The notes beneath the pieces are model-generated. The model made no database searches and was not told where the DNA came from. It was given only the letters and a program-made list of their open reading frames with translations. A stretch of 64,000 bases of DNA from Octopus vulgaris (taxonomy: Eukaryota), in the NCBI GenBank assembly GCA_951406725.2, contig OX597817.1, positions 35,402,001-35,466,000 of the forward strand. The letters are read 5' to 3'. The position numbers were made by a program, and so were the translations under genes. Shown here piece after piece: positions 13,308 to 23,320 of this stretch. How positions within the stretch are numbered: position 1 is the first letter of the stretch; every line of letters begins with the position of its first letter.

Positions 13308-13733
13308 ATTTTACTCTTTTACTTTTTTATTTGTTTCAGTCACTTGACTGTGGCCATGCTGGAGCACCGCTTTTAGTCGAGTAAATCGACCCCAGGACTT
13401 ATTATTTGTAAGCCTAGTACTTATTCTATTTTTGCCGAACCGCTAAGTTACGGGGACGTAAACACACCAGCATCAGTTGTCAAGCGATGTTGGGGGAACA
13501 AACACAGACACACAACACAAACATATACGCACACACATACATATGTATAAGCATTCCTAAAGTCAGAAATCCGGGATCTAGAATTATCCAGTAATTTTTT
13601 ACTAGCTTCATCTTGTCTCTTTGTTTTTTCTCCGTATTTGCAATATGGACAATTAAGGTGGTTTTAGAGTCAGATCATGGCTGCTATTTTCAACATGGTG
13701 GTATCTCGTAGATACCCTAATTTATAATTTGAA

Positions 13734-13778
<45 letters not shown>

Positions 13779-13942
13779 GACGGGCTTCTTTCAATTTCCG
13801 TCTACCAAATCCACTCACAATGCTTTGGTCGGCTTGAGGATATAGTAGAAGAGACTTGCCCAAGGTGCCACGCAGTAGGACTAAACCCGGGACCATGTAG
13901 TTGGTAAGTAAGCTAGTTACCACACAGCTACTCCTACGCCTA
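13308..13942 (-). mobile_element. SINE family B, split by a ~190-bp insertion in its central microsatellite
   Basis: 3' part 13308-13545, 5' part about 13775-13942. Confidence 0.75.
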
Positions 13943-14621
13943 TAAACTTTTCTAACTTTGACACAAGGCCAGCAATTTTGAGGAGAATGAAAGTCGATTA
14001 TATCGATTACAATGCTCAATTAATATTTATTTCATCGACCCCGAAAGGATGAAAAGAAAAATTGACTTCAGCGTCATTTGAACTCAGAACGTAAATATCC
14101 GGGAAAAATAGCTGTAAAGCATTGTAGCCGGTGCGGTAACAATTCTTCGGCACCGCCTTAAATATAATCAGGATTAAGATGGTTTATTTATTGAATATAG
14201 AACAAGTACTTGATTTATCGGCTAAAATATTTATATATCATTTATTAATGTATTTGTCGTATGCACAAAGTATGCTAAAATATATTTATTTGCTCTTAAG
14301 TGTGTCGCGAAAAAAAAAAAACGAAAAAGAAAATAAATGCAGTGAAACATTGAAGTAGAAACTCTCTTATTAGTGTTTATTTGGGTTATTTGAGGAATAG
14401 ATAAAAATCTAATTAGAAATACATCTGTTTAGTATTCAAAATATGATGTAACACGAAATAAATATTGATTTCTATCATTTGTCACAAAAGCAGAAATATA
14501 ATACGATCTTATTTTTATATCATAATTCTATTCATGTCTGGAATACTTTCACAGGAATATTAAAACGATGCTAATACTTGACTAGTGATTATTTTATCAA
14601 CCCCTGAAAAATAAAATAAAT

Positions 14622-15045
14622 AGGCACAGGAGTGGCTGTGTGGTAAGTAGCTTGTTTACCAGCCACATGGTTCCGGGTTCAGTTCCACTGCGTGGCACCT
14701 TGGGCAAGTGTCTTCTACTATAGCCTCGAGCCGACCAAAGCCTGTGAGTGGATTTGGTAGACGGAAACTGAAAGAAGCCTGTCGTATATTTATATATATG
14801 TATATATATAAATGTATGTGTGTGTGTTTGTGTGTCTGTGTTTGTCACCCTAGCTTTGCTTGACAACCGATGCTGGTATGTTTATGTCCCCGTTACTTAG
14901 CGGTTCGGCAAAAGAGACCGATAGAATAAGTACTGGGCTTACAAAAGAACAAGTCCCGGGGTCGAGTTGCTCGATTAATGGCGGTGCTCCAGCATGGCCG
15001 CAGTCAAATGACTGAAACAAGTAAAAGAGTAAAGAGTAAAGAGTA
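14622..15045 (+). mobile_element. SINE family B, full length, (GTAAAGA)n-like tail
   Basis: GGCACAGGAGTGGCTGTGTGGTAAG head, GGTTCAGTTCC B box, tail GTAAAAGAGTAAAGAGTAAAGAG. Confidence 0.88.
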
Positions 15046-15150
15046 CCCCAGGGGGCTTTGAGCTCAGAAAAAAACCCCGAAAAAATGACTAACAAAATAC
15101 AGCAGGAAATTTGACCGATGTCCTAACAAGTTTCAAATTACATCACCCGA

Positions 15151-15810
15151 GGGCGGTGAGCTGGCAGAATCGTTAGCACGCCGTGTGAACTGCCTAGCGG
15201 CACTTCGTCTGTCGTTATGTTTTGAGTTTGAGTTCTGCTGAAGTCGACTTTGCCTTTCATCCTTTCGGGGTCGATTAAATAAGTACCAGTTACGCACTGG
15301 AGTCGATATAATCAACTTAATCCTATTTCTTTATTACCCACAAGGGGCTAAACACAGAGGGGACAAGCAAGGACAGACATAGGTATTAAGTCGATTACAT
15401 CGACCCCCGTGCGTAACTGGTACTTAATTTATCGACCCCGAAAGGATGAAAGGCAAAGTCGACCTCGGCGGAATTTGAACTCACAACGTAACGCAGACGA
15501 AATACCGCTAAGCATTTCGCCCGGCGTGCTAACGTTTCTGCCAGCTCGCCGCCTTAATCAACTTAATCCGTTTGTCTGTCCTTGTTTGTCCTCTCTGTGT
15601 TTAGCCCCTTGTGGGCAATAAAGAAATAAGAATCGTTAGCACGCCGTGCGAATTGCTTAGCGGCATTTCGTCTGTCGTTACGTTCTGAGTTCAAATTCTG
15701 CCGAGGGCAACTTTGCCTTTCGTCCTTTTGGGATCGATTAAATAAGTATCACTTATGCACTAGGGTCGATGTAATCGACTTAATCCCCTTGTTTGTCCCC
15801 TCTATGTTTT
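15151..15810 (+). mobile_element. Cluster of SINE-A copies including an antisense nested copy (about 15323-15553), TSD TAATCAACTTAATCC
   Basis: Direct repeat flanks the inverted inner copy. Confidence 0.8.
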
Positions 15811-15902
15811 CTCACCTTCCCGAGCGTCAAACTAATACACGTGCTTGTTGTTTATACGCCTGTCTTCGTCTTTTGTGTTTCTGTAAATTTCAACTATATA
15901 TG

Positions 15903-16345
15903 TATTAGTTTGTTTTACATGAAATGTCGTATTTGAAAGGTAACAATAAAATGCTTCAGAAGTGTTAGAGAACTGATTTATTTAATCAAAATATGATCCA
16001 ACTTTATGTATGACGTTTACCCAACGTTTCTCATCTTTTGCTGTGATAAACTGCTCGAAAGCTTCAATTACCTCTTCTCTATTTAAGAATGATTTATTGC
16101 TTATGAAAAGCTCTAAATTCTTAAATAAGTGATGATCAGTAGGATAGATATCAGGGGAATAGGGAGGATGCTGCAAAATCTCATAATTCAGGCTTTGCAA
16201 CTTTTGGACTGTAGCTTGAGGAGTGTAGCATTGTCGTGGAGCAAAATTAGGCCATCTCTATTCACTAGTCTGGGTTGCTTCTTTTTCAATTTCTCATGCA
16301 TACAATCAATTTCCTGGTAATACGATGTTGCTGTTACCGTTTTTC
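15903..16345 (-). mobile_element. Mariner transposase 3' fragment
   Basis: LILLHDNA and QHPPYSPDIYPTDHHLF motifs in ORFs 16188-16550 and 15982-16200. Confidence 0.85.
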
Positions 16346-16468
16346 TTTGTTGAAAAATGGAATATTGAATGGTATAATAATAAAAATGACTACAAAAGAA
16401 CGAGACCTCGATATTATGAAAATAGAGGAATATGCATACATACATACATACATACATACATACATACA

Positions 16469-16504
<36 letters not shown>

Positions 16505-16509
16505 TATAT

Positions 16510-16800
16510 AGCCTGGCTATGGAAAACGAAAAAGGTGAAGATAGTGTCAATTATTGTTGGGTCCTTGGGAACAGTATCAAAATGCATCAAGAGGAATATA
16601 AAGAAAATTGAAATAGAGTGGCCAGTAGAACTGTTACCAAAAGGTATGCCTCCTTGGCACAGCCAGAATAATCAGGAAAGTATTAGATAGTTGAAAAGAA
16701 CGGATAGCATGGTACCGTAGGCTTCAGGTAGTAAGCAAGTCCGTTACACATGCAAGACTCCAGGAGCTCCAACAAAACCTGTGACAAAGAGAAAATAAAA
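16510..16800 (+). mobile_element. R4/Dong-like LINE extreme 3' fragment
   Basis: LWKTKKVKIVSIIVGSLGTV..CLLGTARIIRKVLD*, followed by an AAT/AAC tail. Confidence 0.75.
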
Positions 16801-16895
16801 TAATAATGATAACAACAACAACAACAACGAGAACAAGAACAACAACAACAACAACAAGAACAACAAGAACAAGAAGAACAGCAACAACAATAATA

Positions 16896-17452
16896 ACTGC
16901 CCTGATGCAGTACCAGACGGTGGCTCTCATGCCTTCTGATCATAACTGATTGGAATTGTTATCATGTACATTGTTTTGTCTTGGTATAAAAGATGGGCTA
17001 CAGCAAATATTCTGCTCAATACCACAGATTTGCTTGTCAGTTATTTGACCTTAACCAGCTGACCATGTCCCTTAGTGGCTGACGATATGTGCATCTCTGA
17101 CCACGAGCAGAAGTAGTGGGGGAGCATTATAGCCGTATGTTGAAAGGAATCCTTAGAGGTTTGGATAATTCACATTTGGAAACATGGGTGGTTCGTCCAA
17201 CATCCTTAAACAATCCTTATTCAGGGACCTTTTGAGCGGGATGGGTTACTCGACCAGAAGAAAATTCTAACTGGGCCTCGCCTGCAAGGTCATGCGCTGT
17301 TTATCTTGATATGAAATCACCATGTCGCGCACATATAGTTGTGATGCATGTGCCTGGTGTACCCTTATCAAACGGGTAGTCATGATGGTTATACTGGGCT
17401 TCGTATATTTTACCCCAGTGTCGCTTTGATGACATGCACTGCTCTCTCACTC
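16896..17452. mobile_element. Unclassified non-coding ~560-bp unit bounded by AAT/AAC microsatellites, possibly Dong-mobilised
   Basis: Higher-GC block with sharp boundaries in TAA-type repeats; one copy here, so repeat status is unverified. Confidence 0.35.
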
Positions 17453-19334
17453 AACAATAATGATAATGATAATGACATCAAATTTTGGCACAAGGTCAGC
17501 AATTATAGTGGTAGGGATAAAGTCGATCACATCAGTCCCAATGTTCAACTGGTACTTATTTTATCAACGTTGAAAGGATGAAAGGTAAAGTCGACATTGG
17601 TGAATTTAAACTTAGAATATGAAGAAGGACGAAATGGCGCTATGCATTTTACCTGGTATGCTAACGATTTGTGTGACAGTGTGCGAAGGTCTTTCAACGA
17701 CTCAGTAAAGAAACGAAGCAAATCGAAACGAAAATTGGAGTTTAAAAGAGCGAAACGTCAAAAGGAGGAAGTGGAGGAAGAAACTTGCAGTGGTGATTGA
17801 AATAAAAATAGTTTTCCCGAAGAATGTTTATCATGTAAAAAATATCGTTTGTCATTTCAATAATCTTTCAAATCTTTTATGAACGACGAGAAAAAAAATA
17901 CATGTAATATCATGATTTTGTTAATTAAAATAAATCTTTAGAAGATTGTGAGTGATAGTCTTCACAAATGACAAAGAAAAAAATTTAATGGTAACAGTCT
18001 GTTATATCACAGCATGACCTTTGTAAAATAAAGACACCACTCTGGGGTGTTCATATTTTTGAAATGTAATTATAGACGATACTCTATTGACTTTCACAGC
18101 TTTGTCGTGTTTATTGCTGTTTTTTAGTTTTATATATGACAATGATGTGAAAATAACGATAACTGAACTTTTTGAACTAAATCATTATTAAGTTGTAAGT
18201 TCATGTAATCAGCTGAAAAATATTCAGGTGTATACAATTTCATTTATGTCTATGGGGAGTCGTAGCACCATGCTAAGGTGAGCTCGGATATTGCCTGGTC
18301 TCATAAAAGTTTTGTCCAAGCTCACAAAATTTAAATACCACAATTATTTCATCATCGTGATTTTACTTGGTATAAGCTAAGTTTTTCTCGAAGCACTTCA
18401 GTGGCAGATATCATTAAATTTGTTTTTTCTTTTGCTGCAGTGCGTTTGTTCCGCATCAGTTTGTTAAAAAAAGATTCGGCAGATAAATACCGTGAATAAT
18501 ATATTCCTTAGGCTTGCATTTTGCTTCTTCTTCCTTTTATCTGGAATAACATCTTTTGAATTTTTGTATTTCTGTATTGCCGATGACATTGCTCCGTTGG
18601 CTTAGAATCGCCCAACATCACACGAAATGACTATAAAAATGCAAAGGGAAGTGGAAAAGATTGGGTTGAGAATCAGCGGTCAAAAGCACGAAGGTAATGC
18701 AAGTTGGGAAAGAAGCAGAAAGTGTACCAGTGAAAGTTGGACAAGAACCAGTTGAAGATTTACAAGTTTCACATATCTGGGAAGCATAAGTGACAAGCAA
18801 CAGCGATGCCGAGACAGATGTAAGCTGCAGGATTAGCAAGGCAGCGGCAGTATTTAGAAGACTGCCAACACTTTGGTGTAGCAATAACATAAGTATAGAG
18901 CTGAAGATTCGTCTGTTCAAAACAAGAATACTGCCAGTAGCGATCTATGTGGCTGAGACCTGGAAGATGACAGCAAAAATCGTCCGCCAACTCGACGTAT
19001 TTCATCAGTCGTGCCCCAGAATGATCATAAGAATCACTTATCGAGACAGTGTGACAAATGAAGCCATTCTCCAAGCAGTAAGAATAAGACTCTTGCATGC
19101 AATTGTAACCGAACGACGAATGGCCGGACACACTGAGAATGGTTGGATACATACTAAGATTGTAAGAGGAGAGACTTGCCAAAACAGCTGTCACGAACTT
19201 AGTGTGAATGAATATCTTGTCTTGTACTTTCGGGGTACAAGAAAGCAATCACTCACTAGCCGTTGCTTTAATAATCCAGAATCTCTGCCCGTCAGAAACA
19301 ACAAGACGCAGACGTAAAATATACATATAACTAC

Positions 19335-19688
19335 TTTATTCTCTTTCTTGGTAACAATAACAATAAGTGTGTTATCTGATGTCCTTGGTTCTGGGCGCGC
19401 AAGGCTGAAAGTTAATCGATTGTAATATTTACAATGTTCAGCCGCCCAAAACAGAAACGGATTCAAGATGGCGTCGAACAATGGAGACGATGTTGGTCTG
19501 CAACAATCCAGGTTAAAGGCCTTTTGGTAAGGACTGCTAGAATCAGTTCGAACGGAGAGAAAATATTAACGTCCTGCTCCTTAGGTCGCTGCTGTCCCAA
19601 GTCGCCGCTGCTGCTGCTAGCGGTCAAACGTTCTACGATCCCCCTGCCTTGGCCAGGGTCGTGCTTCCGGTGGTTCGCGCATGCGCGA
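19335..19688 (-). promoter_or_regulatory. LTR promoter and polyA elements: AATAAA (19335-19340, minus), YY1-like CAAGATGGCG (19464-19473), NRF1-like palindrome TCGCGCATGCGCGA (19675-19688)
   Basis: Motifs present in all four LTRs in the window; CpG-rich against the AT-rich background. Confidence 0.55.
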
Positions 19689-21050
19689 GAGGGCCCTTCC
19701 TTTCTGTGCCTTGGTAAAGGCACCAACACGCGCGAAATACAAATGGACGGTGCGCGAGCGCGCACCGCTATAGGGTCACTACAGGCTCCCCTCCAGTGCG
19801 TACGCACGAAAGGAAACTTATTGTAGTGACTGCAAAACTCAAGGTGGACACCAGATAACCAAATAGCACACAATAATATCATGGCAAAATTTATAACATA
19901 CACAAGAAATTTACTAAAGGAAAAAAGAGAAAAAATACTCAATGAGCAAAATCAAGAGTGCATGCATGAAAGTGTATACGTCACAAAGTATAGAACCTTC
20001 CGCTGAAGGGAGCGGAAGAAAAGGCAGAACTCACAGTTATTGAACCTAGGCGAAATTAAATCCAACTTCTCTAAAGGTGGTTAATCCTGCAAAATAGCAG
20101 TTAAATCAATTGCTGCAGGAGAGGAAATGGAATTGACAGAAGCTCGCTAGTAACACAAAAGGCAAAAGTGCAAACATGCTGGTGTGATGCGCGACACAGA
20201 TAATTTTCTGTTAATTACGTGACCAACAGTGGTCTAACAGGGAAAAATAATTACGCCCATACATAGGCGCAGCGCATGTGAACATCCGACGTCCTATGAG
20301 TCGGGAAAAAACTAAGCTACTGCAAACGTGTTGCAAAAAACAAGGCAAGTACACGTGCGGAGCAAAAGGCGCATGAAATACAATAGAACTTGCCAGACCG
20401 AAAAACAGCAAGAATATGCCAGTGGTTGAGCGATTATATGCCTCGTTCGTACAGGAACAAAGGTATGACATGCTGGCGCGTTATAATGGACAAACAACCC
20501 TCTCTATGTATACGTGACCGACCTAGGGTCTATAGAAATGAGGGGTGTCCACAAAAGGCAAATTCAGCATGGAAAAAAAGACAAGCGAGAAAAGCATGTG
20601 TGACGTATGTATGTGAGAGAGAGCATTTATGTGTGTGTACGTGTGTGCGACAGAAATACATACAAGGTGAATGCGAGCAAAATATAAAAACAGCGCATAG
20701 AAAAAAAAATGTCTCTCAAGGCTATTCCAGACAAGAGTTAATTTACCAGTCTGTAATAGCCTGATGTACAATAGCAGTTCGTTCTGTAACAGAAATGTTG
20801 AAATCACAAAATGCAGATGCCGGTTGAACACAATGTGTAGCGGTTGTAGCTTCGATGCTGTGACATGTTAACTGGAACAGAAAAATCTCGTAGAAAGACG
20901 GTGCTGTTTATCCTTGGTGTGCATATGCACAAAACAGCGTGCACGCTAAAGTTCCGCGAGTTGCTATGTACATCTTGTGGAGGTCGACGATGTTGAAAGG
21001 CGACGGTGGTGGAGGAAGGCGACTGTAGTGGACTTGAGACAACATCGTTC

Positions 21051-21158
21051 TTAGTGATGATGGCGACGAAGATAGCGACGACGTGAAGTAGAAAGACGAC
21101 GATGATGATGACGAAGGCAGAGAAATAGCATCGATGATGTGATGGCGTCCGTCATCAT
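21051..21158 (-). CDS. Putative 35-aa Arg/His-rich micro-ORF of the LTR element (MMTDAITSSMLFLCLRHHHRRLSTSRRRYLRRHHH)
   Basis: First ATG downstream of the PBS, context AACATGA; same length and frame in copy 2; translation unproven. Confidence 0.35.
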   Translation of the reverse strand: MMTDAITSSMLFLCLRHHHRRLSTSRRRYLRRHHH

Positions 21159-21304
21159 GTTGAAGAATAAAAGGGCTCCTTCTATAACGGTCCGAGAGGA
21201 CGGAAACAAATCGTCGAAAGTTGAATGCGTAGAGTTAAATCGTGTTCCAACTTCGCAGAAAAACTGGATTTTTTTGTTGTTAAGTGATCTCTGGTTTTAG
21301 ACCA

Positions 21305-21326
21305 GAATCACATCGGGAGGTCACCA
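21305..21326 (-). other. Primer-binding site complementary to the tRNA-Trp 3' end, with 2-nt bulge
   Basis: Plus strand GAATCACATCGGGAGGTCACCA versus eukaryotic tRNA-Trp 3' end GAATCACGTCGGGGTCACCA; 1 nt from the LTR. Confidence 0.8.
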
Positions 21327-22114
21327 GTGTAAGAGACTTCGTGTGAGTGTGAATATCTACTCTTGTACTTTCGGGGTACAAGAAAGCAATCACTCACTAG
21401 CCGTTGCTTTAATAATCCAGAATCTCTGCCCGTCAGAAACAACAAGACGCAGACGTAAAATATACATATAACTACTTTATTCTCTTTCTTGGTAACAATA
21501 ACAATAAGTGTGTTATCTGATGTCCTTGGTTCTGGGCGCGCAAGGCTGAAAGTTAATCGATTGTAATATTTACAATGTTCAGCCGCCCAAAACAGAAACG
21601 GATTCAAGATGGCGTCGAACAATGGAGACGATGTTGGTCTGCAACAATCCAGGTTAAAGGCCTTTTGGTAAGGACTGCTAGAATCAGTTCGAACGGAGAG
21701 AAAATATTAACGTCCTGCTCCTTAGGTCGCTGCTGTCCCAAGTCGCCGCTGCTGCTGCTAGCGGTCAAACGTTCTACGATCCCCCTGCCTTGGCCAGGGT
21801 CGTGCTTCCGGTGGTTCGCGCATGCGCGAGAGGACCCTTCCTTTCTGTGCCTTGGTAAAGGCACCAACACGCGCGAAATACAAATGGACGGTGCGCGAGC
21901 GCGCACCGCTATAGGGTCACTACACAGCCATAGGCTGGATGCCGCTGGAAGGTAAGAGAAAAAGGGGCCGGCCAAGGAAGACATGGCGTAGTACCTTGAA
22001 AGAAGACCTACGCAGATTGAACATCACCTGAGAAGAAGCATACCGGTTGGTCAGAGACGGAGATAATTAGCGATCACTGACTGCTCGATGTGCCGCTCAA
22101 AGCACCAACAGACC

Positions 22115-22176
<62 letters not shown>

Positions 22177-22539
22177 CCATCGCTTTCCCTACGTACCAAT
22201 TAGGATCAGTCATTTTTCAATTGACCAGCAAGTACGCTACATTAAAGCTGCTACGACCCGTCGCATTGGTAAGACTATTATTTTTACTATCATCTTTGTG
22301 AAGTTATTGTACTAGCCTTCATGTATTGTTATTGTCTATGAGTATAATTTTGTTGCCTTGTATGCTAGATTCTAATTTACTCTCAATTATTTTCCCTCTA
22401 ACGAAACTATATTTTGTCCTACCGCTGTCTTGTAAACGCGGGTTTTATTCGCCGGATGAAAACAAATACAATTACCGCCTCTTTCTTGTTGCACTAATTT
22501 ACATTGGCTCCAGGGGTTTCTTATATCCTGATGTACTAG

Positions 22540-22758
22540 CATGTTGTTTTGTTTGTTCCTTCTCAAGCCATGCCTGGCTCATAATGGGCCAGTTTCCCGG
22601 TTTCACTGGCGTATAAGTTCGCCATTACCTTCTGCTGGAGCCGCGTGTAGCTAAGGTGTTTTGCTCATAAACATACACATCGCCAGGTCTGAATTCGAAC
22701 CCACGATCTCTCAACCGCGAGTCTGCTGCTCTAACCACTAGGTCATGTGCCTCCACAA
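22540..22758 (-). mobile_element. tRNA(Arg)-like SINE family C, internally deleted
   Basis: Reverse complement of GACCTAGTGGTTAGAGCAGCAGACTCGCGG..GGTTCGAATTC; same tail as 51995-52290. Confidence 0.8.
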
Positions 22759-23320
22759 TGTACTAGCATAGATGTACGAGACAGAGGGTAGATGATACAA
22801 CTCCTTAATTCGACAAGGCTTAATCTTTTAGGCAATAATTTAGGTGAAATATCCCGTTCGAAGACTTTGTGAACGATTGCAATGATTAATTTTTCAGGTG
22901 GAGACTTACGCTTTTCAAGCCACCTTCACAATAAACATAGCCTAACTTTTTCTTTTTAGATTGAATTAAACTTAAGCGTCTTTGCGATATGAAAATAAAA
23001 TGACCTCACTGTAAAGATATATATTTATTAGTGCAACAATTAATGCTTACTTTTAATGGTGTTAGATTTCATAGTGCGTCAAGTTGCCATGTTAAATCAG
23101 TTTCCGTCATTTTAAAACAAAAAAATACATAAACAATTTATTATTTATTTTTTTGTTGTAGATGCAATATATAATAGACATATTGGAAAGAAACTTGCTG
23201 CTGCTACGGAAGATGTTGAATACTCTTCATATTCGAAGTTCCTTAATTTGTTAGTTTCTACAGAATTTGAATATTTTGATAATAATGTTCGTCCTTCGGT
23301 TCGAAGATGACCAACTGACA

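Larger units (their letters stand above)
19189..21924 (-). mobile_element. Non-autonomous LTR retrotransposon, copy 1 (2736 bp), TSD CAGC
   Basis: LTRs 19189-19783 and 21328-21924 (TG..CA); CAGC at 19185-19188 and 21925-21928; PBS 21305-21326; PPT GGAGGGGAGCC (minus strand) 19784-19794; no gag/pol ORF. Confidence 0.95.
18575..22175 (+). mobile_element. 5'-truncated RTE LINE with (GAA)n tail, interrupted by the LTR element
   Basis: ADDIA motif, FTYLGS, RISKAAAVF, YVAETW; reading rejoins across the insertion as LAKTAIGWMPLEGKRKRGRPRKTW. Confidence 0.88.

Noticed and set aside
19191-19942. ORFs of 96-159 aa in the LTRs
   Set aside because: Non-ATG starts, frames not preserved in copy 2, no recognisable motifs
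19189-21924. Plant-type retrozyme (hammerhead in the LTRs)
   Set aside because: Architecture is similar, but I found no CTGANGA..GAAA core on either LTR strand; other ribozyme classes are not excluded
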